From IMG/VR virus record IMGVR_UViG_3300037504_001229, positions 1 through 64,000 of that record: 64,000 bases of DNA. One strand, written 5' to 3'. Source of the DNA: a virus. The position numbers were made by a program, and so were the translations under genes. Below are positions 50,234 to 59,267 of this stretch, piece after piece; positions within the stretch are counted from its first letter, which is position 1; the number at the start of each line of letters is the position of its first letter. The notes beneath the pieces are model-generated. The model saw nothing but the letters and a program-made list of their open reading frames with translations. It was not told the origin of the DNA and did not search any database.

Positions 50234-50819
50234 TTTTAATTATAAAAAGTTATATGAAAATTTATACAAAATAGGGTATCAGAAAAATGTAAATATTGGA
50301 GTATCTTATGTTGAAAGTATTTGTAATAATTATGAGTTTAATACTTTGTTAGAAATAGGATGTTCCCAAGGATACGCCTTACTAGAATTTGAAAAATACG
50401 GAAAAAAAGTTAAAGGAATCGATATTTCTAAAACTGCTGTTTCTTATTGTAAAAGTAAAGGATTGAAATGTAAAGTAAATTCTGCCACTGATATTAAATA
50501 TAGAGATAATAGTTTTGATGCTATTTTTTCTTCGGATGTTTTAGAGCATTTAATAGAGGAGGATACTTTCAAAGCTTTAAAGGAAATAGACAGGGTAACA
50601 AGAAAGTGGGTATTTCTAAAAGTTTCAAAATATAAAGAGGGTAATAGGGAGTGGATAAACAAGCTTCATAATAACAGTGAGTATTTAGAAATAGAAAATT
50701 TACACCAAACTCTATGGGATTATAAAACCTGGATAAAAAATATTAGAGAAACAACTTCCTTAAAGTTTGTCGAGAGAAAGAATAGAATATTAGTTTTTGA
50801 AAAAAGGAGTGACTCTTGA
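50217..50819 (+). CDS. class I SAM methyltransferase
   Basis: LEIGCSQG, GIDIS, DVLEH. Confidence 0.85.
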   Translation: MSMENNFNYKKLYENLYKIGYQKNVNIGVSYVESICNNYEFNTLLEIGCSQGYALLEFEKYGKKVKGIDISKTAVSYCKSKGLKCKVNSATDIKYRDNSFDAIFSSDVLEHLIEEDTFKALKEIDRVTRKWVFLKVSKYKEGNREWINKLHNNSEYLEIENLHQTLWDYKTWIKNIRETTSLKFVERKNRILVFEKRSDS

Positions 50820-51424
50820 TAAAGTATTTTTTTCTCCATGTACCTAAGTGCGCAGGTGTTAGTATTATGCATTCTTTATGGGAACTACTAGGTAGTAAAA
50901 AAGAAATTAGAGAAATACATCATCACCCTCAAAAAACTATTGCAAGATTTGAGGAAGTTCTAGATAAATCTTTTATATTTATTTTTTCTAGGAATCCTTG
51001 GGATCGATTTATTTCTTCTTTTTTTTATAGTGTTAAAAGATATAATCCTAATAAGCCGCATTCTATCAGAAAAGTTTGTTTTAATTTTAAAGAGGATGTC
51101 AATCTTTTTATTAATAAAATGAAAGATAGTAAAAAGTTCGAAAAGAAAGTTATAAAATCTTTCCATTTTAGACCCCAAGTAAATTGGTTATATAAAAAGA
51201 TCGATTTCTATGGAAAATACGAAACTTTAGAAAGAGATTTTAAAAAAGTATCAAGAATTATAAAACCGGGATCAAAAAATATTGAACTTAAATCTTTAAA
51301 TATTTCTGAAAATAGAAATAGAGAATTGCCTTATCAAAGTTATTTTTCAGAAGAAAATATTAAATATATTGGAGAATTATATAAAGAAGATATTGATTAT
51401 TTTAACTATACTTTTAACAACTAA
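50816..51424 (+). CDS. sulfotransferase family 2
   Basis: FLHVPKCAG, RNPWDRFIS, HFRPQ. Confidence 0.88.
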   Translation: MIKYFFLHVPKCAGVSIMHSLWELLGSKKEIREIHHHPQKTIARFEEVLDKSFIFIFSRNPWDRFISSFFYSVKRYNPNKPHSIRKVCFNFKEDVNLFINKMKDSKKFEKKVIKSFHFRPQVNWLYKKIDFYGKYETLERDFKKVSRIIKPGSKNIELKSLNISENRNRELPYQSYFSEENIKYIGELYKEDIDYFNYTFNN

Positions 51425-51448
51425 TATATAAAAGGAGAAGTAAACTTA

Positions 51449-52705
51449 ATGCCTTTCGAACTTAAAACAGTAGCATTTTTACCAATGAGAAGCGGAAGTA
51501 AATCTATTCCTGATAAAAATATAAAACAAATAGCAGGGAAACCTCTTTTTTATTGGACGTTAAACCCTTTAGTAAATGCTAAACTTTTAGATAAAATAGT
51601 TGTAGCAGTAGATAGTGAAAAATATGCCCTCTTAATAAAAGAATATTTTAATAATCCAAAAATTGAGATATATTTTAGGGATCAAGTAAATTCCCAAGAT
51701 GGAAGTTCAACTGAAGCTGTTATTTTAGAATATATAGAAAAGTTTAGATCCCAGTTAAATACAAGAGATAATCTTCTTCTAACTCAAGCTACTAATTCCT
51801 TTATAGGAAGAAATGATGTAGATAATATTATTAACGATTTTAATAATAAAAAAGGAATTTATGATTCAATCTTAAGTGTAGCTAGTTTAGATGACAAGTT
51901 TCTTTGGACTACTGTTAACGGGGACGGCCCTAAAGTAGGAATGTCTATTAACTATGAATATTTAAAAAGACCTAGAAGACAAGAATTTGAAAGTAATTTT
52001 TATGTAGAAAATGGAGCTATGTATATCTCTACTATAGAAAATATTCTAAAATATCAAAATAGATTAGCAGATAAAGTAGGATTATATGTTATGCCCAGTT
52101 ATACAATGCATGAGTTAGACGAACCTGAGGATTATGATGTTATAGAAATGCTTCTTTTAAAGTATAAGTCTTCCGATTTTTTTAATAACGGAGAAAATTT
52201 AAAATATGTGAAGCTATTTGTATGTGATATTGATGGGACTCTTACAGATGGTAAGTTATATATTGATGAAAAAGGACAAGAACAAATAGTAGCGTTTAAC
52301 AAAAGGGACGGGAAGGGATTTGAAATTCTTAGAAGTTTAAATCTTAAAACTATTTGGATTACTTCAGAGAAAAATACTTCTAAAAGTTTGGAGCAAAGAG
52401 CTAATAAGTTAAAAATAGATCGATTGTTTACTGGTGTAGATGATAAAGTAAAAGTTATAGATGATTTTTGTAAAGAAAATAATATAAATATAAAAACTGA
52501 AGTAGCTTATATAGGAGATGATATTAACTGTAAAGATATTTTGAGTACTGTAAAATATTCTTTTTGCCCAGGTGATGCAGAAGATGAGATTAAAAAAATT
52601 CCTAATATCTATATATGCAACAAGGAAGGTGGAAAAGGATGTGTTCGAGAAGTAATAAACTTGATAAGGAATGCACATGAGCAGAAAAGTTTTAATAGTA
52701 GGTAA
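51449..52705 (+). CDS. neuA: CMP-nonulosonate synthetase fused to KdsC-like HAD phosphatase
   Basis: PMRSGSKSIPDKN..GKPL, RPRRQ, ENGA; C-terminal DIDGTLTDG, IGDDIN, GGKGCVRE; AACTAATATA upstream. Confidence 0.9.
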   Translation: MPFELKTVAFLPMRSGSKSIPDKNIKQIAGKPLFYWTLNPLVNAKLLDKIVVAVDSEKYALLIKEYFNNPKIEIYFRDQVNSQDGSSTEAVILEYIEKFRSQLNTRDNLLLTQATNSFIGRNDVDNIINDFNNKKGIYDSILSVASLDDKFLWTTVNGDGPKVGMSINYEYLKRPRRQEFESNFYVENGAMYISTIENILKYQNRLADKVGLYVMPSYTMHELDEPEDYDVIEMLLLKYKSSDFFNNGENLKYVKLFVCDIDGTLTDGKLYIDEKGQEQIVAFNKRDGKGFEILRSLNLKTIWITSEKNTSKSLEQRANKLKIDRLFTGVDDKVKVIDDFCKENNINIKTEVAYIGDDINCKDILSTVKYSFCPGDAEDEIKKIPNIYICNKEGGKGCVREVINLIRNAHEQKSFNSR

Positions 52706-53771
52706 TGGAATTTCTAGACTAAATCATAGAGAGTTTATTCAAAAATGGAAAGATGAAATATGGGCTTGCAACTCAGCTTATTTAGAATACTATTCTGGTG
52801 ATATACCAAGACTCGATGTATTACTCGCTGATTATAATTGTTTAAAAGAAATAGTTCCGTATAAACAGAAACATGGAGGAAAATATAAACTCTTCGGTAA
52901 AAATCATAAAGCAAAAGAACTTCCTGGAGTACAACTTATTGATATGGACAGGAAATTTGTTAATGATTCTGGAAGTACTTTAGTAGCAAGAGCATTAGAT
53001 AAAGGGTACGATGAAATATATGTAGTTGGATTTGATTTAGGCGGAAGGGATCTTTATGTAAAAGGGCATGAAAATAGAAATAAAGAAAAGTGGATAAGAA
53101 ACTGGAGAAAAATAGCTGGGACTTGGGGGTTACATAAAGTACATTTTATTGGATATGATCATAAAAATTTCATTCTTAGTAACAATGATAGTAAAACATA
53201 TGCTGAACTTTACATGAATGGATATAATCATGTAGAATATCTTCAAGGACAAGGATTAACTTCCATTGTTAAAAATTCTAAAGTGCTTATTCTTGGGAAT
53301 GGAAAATCAAGAAAGAATGAACCTATTGTTAAAAGAATAAAAGATTGGGATGGAGAAATATGGGTATGTAATGAAGCATATAGAGAGTATAAAAAACTTC
53401 CTAGAATAGATAGAGTTGGAACTGTTCATAACGATATAGCAAAAAGGATTGTGGATTTTAAAGAAGAAAAAGAACTAGATTTTGATATCTACATAAGAGA
53501 TATTATGACAGATAAGGATTATAAGAATAAAGTAAAATATTTCAAAGATAAGAGAGGATGGAGCACTGGAAACTTAATGATTATTCAAGCTATATTAGAT
53601 GAATATAAAGAGATAAATTTAGCTGGATATGATTTTGGAGGACCAGATTTGTATCAAGAAACCGAAAGACCTGGAAAAAACTTTAGTAAACAATTTAAAG
53701 CGATACAAAAAGAATTTGGATATTTTAAAGGTTTTAGATTTTGGGGAAATCAACCAGATTTTTTGATTTAG
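52671..53771 (+). CDS. protein with two tandem GT29/Maf-like Rossmann domains
   Basis: Repeated unit KVLI(V/L)GNG.SR..IW.CN.AY..G.D.GG. Confidence 0.55.
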   Translation: MHMSRKVLIVGNGISRLNHREFIQKWKDEIWACNSAYLEYYSGDIPRLDVLLADYNCLKEIVPYKQKHGGKYKLFGKNHKAKELPGVQLIDMDRKFVNDSGSTLVARALDKGYDEIYVVGFDLGGRDLYVKGHENRNKEKWIRNWRKIAGTWGLHKVHFIGYDHKNFILSNNDSKTYAELYMNGYNHVEYLQGQGLTSIVKNSKVLILGNGKSRKNEPIVKRIKDWDGEIWVCNEAYREYKKLPRIDRVGTVHNDIAKRIVDFKEEKELDFDIYIRDIMTDKDYKNKVKYFKDKRGWSTGNLMIIQAILDEYKEINLAGYDFGGPDLYQETERPGKNFSKQFKAIQKEFGYFKGFRFWGNQPDFLI

Positions 53772-53773
53772 TT

Positions 53774-53803
53774 CTTTATATTTTGATGTAACTAGTATAT
53801 AAT
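53774..53803 (+). promoter_or_regulatory. phage promoter CTTTAT-N15-GTATATAAT, probably leaderless transcript
   Basis: TATAAT ends 6 nt before ATG 53810. Confidence 0.6.
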
Positions 53804-53809
53804 AAAAAT

Positions 53810-53992
53810 ATGAAAACTATAGTAGAGATAGAAAAGGTTGCTCGGGATAGGTATAGTGTTTATGTAAACGAGAATGGAAAAATGTCTTATTATCCTTGTC
53901 AACACTATTCACTTAATAATAACGGGAATCTTATACTTGATAAGGAGAAAGTTATAAGATTCGACGAAATAAATATTAAGAATGTTAAGTAA
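53810..53992 (+). CDS. hypothetical protein
   Basis: 60 aa directly after promoter. Confidence 0.5.
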   Translation: MKTIVEIEKVARDRYSVYVNENGKMSYYPCQHYSLNNNGNLILDKEKVIRFDEINIKNVK

Positions 53993-54010
53993 ATTTTTCC
54001 AGAAAAAATA

Positions 54011-54040
54011 CTTTAAATTTTGGACAAAAAAGTATATATT
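54011..54040 (+). promoter_or_regulatory. phage promoter, near-duplicate of 62221-62250
   Basis: CTTTAAATTTTGGACAAAAAAGTATAT versus CTTTAAATTTTAGACAAAAAAGTATAT. Confidence 0.6.
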
Positions 54041-54052
54041 AATACTATAAAA

Positions 54053-54184
54053 AGGTTATGAGTTAACCTACAAAACTCTTTGGCGGAAGGGATATGATAT
54101 ATTGTCACTCCTCCAGTTCACGATAATCTATAAATCGTGTATTATTCAAACAAGTTCTCCTGGCCGGGGGAGAGTTCCCGGCTA
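54053..54184 (+). ncRNA. candidate structured RNA or 5' leader
   Basis: Possible H-type pseudoknot plus three stem-loops, GC-enriched, between promoter and RNA ligase 1. Confidence 0.45.
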
Positions 54185-54205
54185 TTATTTTAATAGAGGT
54201 AGAAG

Positions 54206-55342
54206 ATGAGTAATGAACTCCAAAAACTTCTTAGAGAAAATGATAGATACTGGTTGAAAGAACTAACAAAACCTCCATATAACTTATCTATTAAAAATGA
54301 TGGAAATCTTTATATATTTAAGTATAATCAAATCAATAGCGATTTTTCTAATAAAATAGTTCAAGAGGCAAGAGGAATCATTTTCGATAGAGATGATAAC
54401 TGGAGATGTGTATGTCGAGCATTTGATAAATTTTTTAATCTGGGAGAATCAAATGCTCATCCTATTAACTGGATGAAAGCAACTGCTCAGGAAAAAATAG
54501 ATGGCAGTATAGTTAAAATCTGGAACTATAAAGGAAAAGAAGTTATTTCCACTAACGGAACTATTGATGCTAACGATGCTCAGTTACAAGTTTCTTTTGT
54601 TGATGAAGAAACCGGATTAGAAATAGATAACTATTTTCAACTAGTTCTTTTTACTCTTAAGAAAATGTATTGGTCAGAAAGAATGGGAGAGCTTTTTTCT
54701 AAACTTGATTCTAAGGCTACTCAAATGTTTGAACTTTGTACTCCATATAATAAAGTAGTTGTTCCACATAAAGATTTTAAACTATATTATTTAGGAAGTA
54801 GAGAAAATGAAAGTGGAATAGAATATTATAATATTGATATAGCTCAAATGATGCCTACCCCTAAACAGTATGCTTTTTTTACGAAAGACGAAGTTATCGA
54901 AAGGGCAAGCAACCTTCCATATGATCAAGAGGGATATGTAGTAGTAGATGATAAATACAATAGAATAAAAGTAAAGAGTCCAGCATATGTAGCAATACAT
55001 CATCTTCGTGGAGAGGGAGTACCAAGTGAAAAAAGAATACTTGATTTAGTAAGAAGTGGGGAAGATGAAGAATTTCTACAATATTTTCCTGAATATGAAG
55101 ATTTATATAGGAGAGTTAAAAAGAAATGGTCGAATCTTCAAAGTAGAATCTTTGCAGATGTTAGGACTTATAAAGGGCTGTACGAAAAAGCTGATAGAAA
55201 AGATTTAGCTCTTTGGGCTACACATAACTGTTTAATACCTGCCATTATTTTTTCTCTTAAAGATGGAAAAATAAAAAATAGTTATGAGTTCTTAGAACAA
55301 CAATCAAGTGAAAAACTATTAAAATGGATGAAGGGGTTATAA
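54206..55342 (+). CDS. RNA ligase 1 (T4 Rnl1-like)
   Basis: EARGIIF, RAFDKFFN, EKIDGS, FEL, EGYVV, KVKS. Confidence 0.9.
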   Translation: MSNELQKLLRENDRYWLKELTKPPYNLSIKNDGNLYIFKYNQINSDFSNKIVQEARGIIFDRDDNWRCVCRAFDKFFNLGESNAHPINWMKATAQEKIDGSIVKIWNYKGKEVISTNGTIDANDAQLQVSFVDEETGLEIDNYFQLVLFTLKKMYWSERMGELFSKLDSKATQMFELCTPYNKVVVPHKDFKLYYLGSRENESGIEYYNIDIAQMMPTPKQYAFFTKDEVIERASNLPYDQEGYVVVDDKYNRIKVKSPAYVAIHHLRGEGVPSEKRILDLVRSGEDEEFLQYFPEYEDLYRRVKKKWSNLQSRIFADVRTYKGLYEKADRKDLALWATHNCLIPAIIFSLKDGKIKNSYEFLEQQSSEKLLKWMKGL

Positions 55343-55345
55343 AGA

Positions 55346-55618
55346 ATGGGATCAAGAGAATTTGATAAACCGTTTGTTTCAAAAATAAAATTCGAATTTA
55401 CTCAAGAAGGAAATACTTTAGGAACTACTCATGATTTTGAGAATTTAGTTGTTTATGTAGAAAGTCAGTGTGGTAATATAGAAGAAAAAGAAGACGACCC
55501 CTTCTATGTAATAAAAACTAGTACTGGATGGTCTATTGATTCTATTCCAGAGTTAGATGAAGTATTAAGAACAGTAAAAGAAACAGTTGAGGATCTAAGA
55601 AGGAAAAAAGATGTATGA
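55346..55618 (+). CDS. hypothetical protein
   Basis: 90 aa in operon. Confidence 0.55.
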   Translation: MGSREFDKPFVSKIKFEFTQEGNTLGTTHDFENLVVYVESQCGNIEEKEDDPFYVIKTSTGWSIDSIPELDEVLRTVKETVEDLRRKKDV

Positions 55619-56384
55619 GATTATCTATAATGAGGAAGAGTTAAAAAAGTTCTTTGATATTCTCCCTCCTCTGAAATCTACAGAAGTATTTTTTGTTTCT
55701 CTATCTGCTCGTAACAAATATTTAATAAAAGAACTTCAGACATATTATGGACTTGGAAGAACAGAAATGTTTGAAAAAAGAATAGTTAGATATAGAGATT
55801 GGGAAAGGCTTCTTCGTACTTTAAGAAAGTTTGAAACAGCAGCTGGAAGTTATCTAACTAAGAAAGGATTAAATATTCCTAATGAATGCATTACTTGTTA
55901 TATAAATATAAATCCTAGTGATACTTTAAAAGCATATAAAGAATTTAATCAAACTATGACAGAATATATGTATGAACTTGCTCATTGTGTTACTGATAAT
56001 AGAGAACTTGATAATATTTCTAAGAGAATAAATAAAATGGATAATCTTCTAATGACTTGCTATCAAAAAAATAGAGGTACAAAACATTTTATTGATATAG
56101 ATTTCGATATTCCGAAAAGCGATAAAGTATTTTGGGAGTTCATTTCTAATTTTACATATCACTTAGATGATAATAATGTAAAATATTATGTTATAGATAC
56201 ACATTCTGGATATCATGTTCTTTTAGAAAGAAATACGGTAAAGTTTAACTTTACAGAACTATTAAAACCTCTTAATAAAAAAGCAAAAAATCTATATGAT
56301 AGTGAAGTAATATTGAACAAAAATGAAATGATCCCTATTCCGGGAACACTTCAAGGAAATTACGAAGTGAGGTTTATTGAATGA
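55611..56384 (+). CDS. AEP (primase-polymerase)-like protein
   Basis: FIDIDFD, DTHSGYH, PIPGT resemble AEP motifs I-III. Confidence 0.5.
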   Translation: MYEIIYNEEELKKFFDILPPLKSTEVFFVSLSARNKYLIKELQTYYGLGRTEMFEKRIVRYRDWERLLRTLRKFETAAGSYLTKKGLNIPNECITCYININPSDTLKAYKEFNQTMTEYMYELAHCVTDNRELDNISKRINKMDNLLMTCYQKNRGTKHFIDIDFDIPKSDKVFWEFISNFTYHLDDNNVKYYVIDTHSGYHVLLERNTVKFNFTELLKPLNKKAKNLYDSEVILNKNEMIPIPGTLQGNYEVRFIE

Positions 56385-57121
56385 TCGAAATTAAAAATAC
56401 AAAAGTATTCGGACTAGAAGATTCAATGGTAAGAAGTGGATATCCTCATTCTGTAGGGCAACCTTTAGATCTAGACGGAGTTCTTCAACTTGAAGGTTCA
56501 ACAGACAGGAAAAGGTCTATGTATTTAGGTCATGCAGAAACTGGATCAGGACATGACTGTTTTCTTAAAGGAATTTTAGTTACCTTTGATATTAAATATT
56601 CTTTATATTTTACTAAACAACTTCAGCGATATCATTTTATAGATTTTATATCAAGTCAGTCAACAATGCATTCTATTACAAAAATGGATATAGAAGTCTC
56701 CTACAATAAATATGTAGAATCTAAAGTTATAGAAGTAGTTAAATATTGGGTAGATTTATATAACAGATTTGATGAAATAGCTGTAGAACAAAAAGATTGT
56801 CCTATCGATTCTTTTATGAAAGAAGCTTTTAATATGGAAAAACCTAAAGTGATAAAATATGTTAAGTATAATGAGGGAGAAGAACTACTTACTAAATATG
56901 ATATCTATATGAAAATAATATCTAATCTTCCTGCAGGATTTGAGTATTGGGCAGGGATGACTACCAACTACTTACAACTAAAAACTATCTACAAACAAAG
57001 AAAAAATCATAAACTAAAAGAAGATTGGGGATATTTCTGTCATTGGATAGAAGGTCTTCCGATGTTTAAAGAACTTGTATTAGGAGAGAAAAATGAACAA
57101 GGAAATAAAAAACAAAAATGA
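56381..57121 (+). CDS. divergent ThyX-like protein
   Basis: SGHDCFLKGI, QLQRYHF..SSQSTMH, LPAGF, NY..LK..QRKNHKL.EDW. Confidence 0.55.
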   Translation: MIEIKNTKVFGLEDSMVRSGYPHSVGQPLDLDGVLQLEGSTDRKRSMYLGHAETGSGHDCFLKGILVTFDIKYSLYFTKQLQRYHFIDFISSQSTMHSITKMDIEVSYNKYVESKVIEVVKYWVDLYNRFDEIAVEQKDCPIDSFMKEAFNMEKPKVIKYVKYNEGEELLTKYDIYMKIISNLPAGFEYWAGMTTNYLQLKTIYKQRKNHKLKEDWGYFCHWIEGLPMFKELVLGEKNEQGNKKQK

Positions 57122-58241
57122 AAAAAATAGAATTTTAGAAAGACAAAATGGCGTATGTATTATATGTTTTGCTCCTTTATTTCTAAAACTTTCGAATTTT
57201 CAAATTCATCATTTCTTTACATTATTACATTTAGAGGAATTTAAAGTAGCTGTTTGTACTTGTTGTCATTCTATTGCAGAGAAACTATCTATTAGTGATA
57301 CTATTAAAGCAATTAAAAAAGCAAGAGAAGTAGGAAGGGGAGAAAATACAAATCCAGTCCAAAAGAAATATAACTCTTTTATGCCTAACACTTCTCAATT
57401 TTTTGATATTTCCATTCCAGCTCTAGAATATCTTATAGATAAAAATGAAATAGATATTTTATATGAATATATATTTGCTTATAATCAAGTATTTAACTCA
57501 AAGGATACATTTATTCAAATTCCGTTTTTTGTTTACTCCTGCCCAAACTTTAGATTAAAAAGATTTGCAGATAAAAATGTTTTTGTTTTCGGGAGTAATG
57601 ATATTATTAAGCAAAAAGATTCTTCTTTTGTTTTAATTAATCGTAATATTTTAACTAAACTAGATTACAAAATTTTAAAAAGTTATTTTACTATGACTAT
57701 TATAAGTTTAACTTCTAGATACTTTTCCTATCAAAATAAAAAAATCGAAGTAGAAAGATTTATTAAAGATGCTACAGCTCTTCTCCCTAGTAATTCTACT
57801 ATTAGTAACTTTAAAATTGAGAATATTTATAATTATTTTAAGCAAGAAAATGCAAGGCTTAAGAAAACTCTTGCTAATCTAATACCTGTACCTGCAAAAC
57901 CAACTTTACTTTATTCTCCTGAGGGAGGATTTTTTATTAATTCTAAATGTGAGTCTATTTTAGTAGGTAGTTTTTCCTCTAGTATAGATGTTGTTTATCC
58001 AGGATATAATATAAATAGTTCTAATTATGGAACTAAATATAAACAAACAAAAGATTTATGTAGTGAGGCATTATATGCAGATAAGTTTGGTCAAAACCAA
58101 GCTAAAAACTATTTTAAAGAAATAGTTAAAAATACATCCTATAGGAAAATTTATCAAAACGGAATTTGGAGAAGAGACTACTTTGATCATACTAAAAATA
58201 ATATTAAGTATCCTGAATCAAATAAATTTTTTATATTTTAA
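57093..58241 (+). CDS. HNH endonuclease domain protein
   Basis: RQNGVCIIC..IHH..CTCCH N-terminus. Confidence 0.55.
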   Translation: MNKEIKNKNEKNRILERQNGVCIICFAPLFLKLSNFQIHHFFTLLHLEEFKVAVCTCCHSIAEKLSISDTIKAIKKAREVGRGENTNPVQKKYNSFMPNTSQFFDISIPALEYLIDKNEIDILYEYIFAYNQVFNSKDTFIQIPFFVYSCPNFRLKRFADKNVFVFGSNDIIKQKDSSFVLINRNILTKLDYKILKSYFTMTIISLTSRYFSYQNKKIEVERFIKDATALLPSNSTISNFKIENIYNYFKQENARLKKTLANLIPVPAKPTLLYSPEGGFFINSKCESILVGSFSSSIDVVYPGYNINSSNYGTKYKQTKDLCSEALYADKFGQNQAKNYFKEIVKNTSYRKIYQNGIWRRDYFDHTKNNIKYPESNKFFIF

Positions 58242-58260
58242 CATAAAGGAGTGAAATGTA

Positions 58261-58458
58261 ATGAGAAAAACAGTAATTTATTTTGTAATGCTTTTACTTA
58301 TGGCAATATTTAGTTTTATTTTTATTGCTTTAAAAGCTTTTATGGATGTTGACTTTACTTGGGGTCAATGTATGATGCCTGTATGGATAGGAATGCCTGT
58401 TATTACCGGGGTTAAGTTTCTCTTTTATATTATGTACGAGATTATGTACGAGAGGTAA
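58261..58458 (+). CDS. small membrane protein
   Basis: Two hydrophobic segments, AGGAG RBS. Confidence 0.6.
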   Translation: MRKTVIYFVMLLLMAIFSFIFIALKAFMDVDFTWGQCMMPVWIGMPVITGVKFLFYIMYEIMYER

Positions 58459-58459
58459 G

Positions 58460-58756
58460 ATGTTACGGATTATTTGTGCAGTTAATAACTCTACTATAGA
58501 TGAAGTAAGAGTAGTTAATACAGGACATCAAGAAAATGGAAAACATCTTTATAGAATACAAGAACCTGCAAAGTATAACTACTTAGAAGTTTATCATGAC
58601 CGTAAAGATCCTTGGCATGTATTGGCAGAAAGAGTTCTTGCTACTTTAAATAGAGCAGGATATAATCAAAGAAAAGAGTATCAAGATAAAATAGCTCTAG
58701 AATATTATCACATGATGGAAAGAGAGAGATTAGAAAGTGAAGGGAATAGTAGGTAA
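58460..58756 (+). CDS. hypothetical protein
   Basis: 98 aa, GAGG RBS. Confidence 0.55.
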   Translation: MLRIICAVNNSTIDEVRVVNTGHQENGKHLYRIQEPAKYNYLEVYHDRKDPWHVLAERVLATLNRAGYNQRKEYQDKIALEYYHMMERERLESEGNSR

Positions 58757-59267
58757 GATTTTCGTTTTATTGATCCTTTTTACTCCTCCCCTTTTTTCAG
58801 AATCAAACTATTGGCACTATTATCAACTTAACTTTAATGGATTAGGAAATTGCGGACCCGCTTGTGTTGCAATGGTATATACTTATCACACAGGTAATCC
58901 TATTCATTTAGACAAAGTAAATAGATATATTACATATAGAGAAGAAGATGGATCTACTACATTATATATGCTACACAAAGCATTACAGAAGTTAGATATT
59001 CCTAATGAAATAGTTGAAAAAAAGGTCTTTATATTTTCCGAATACTTGTATATAATAAATATAGATACTGAATATATTCTTAATAGAGAATATGATTATT
59101 CAGGAGGACATTATATTGTTTTATTTGATTATTTCGATGGATGGTATAAAGTAAATGATCCTCTTCATCATAAAAAAGAATTTGTTTGGTATTATGAAAA
59201 GGATATAGAAATGGCAGTGCAACATAATAGAGTTATTCGAGTAGAAAAATGGAAGAGTAATAAATGA
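58737..59267 (+). CDS. C39-like cysteine peptidase with signal peptide
   Basis: Q..NCGPAC, GHYIV, VNDP. Confidence 0.75.
   Translation: MKGIVGKIFVLLILFTPPLFSESNYWHYYQLNFNGLGNCGPACVAMVYTYHTGNPIHLDKVNRYITYREEDGSTTLYMLHKALQKLDIPNEIVEKKVFIFSEYLYIINIDTEYILNREYDYSGGHYIVLFDYFDGWYKVNDPLHHKKEFVWYYEKDIEMAVQHNRVIRVEKWKSNK

Noticed and set aside
54053-54080. preQ1 riboswitch or tRNA identity for the structured element
   Set aside because: Does not match the preQ1-I loop and tail as I know them, has no cloverleaf or T-loop, and is far from the que genes.
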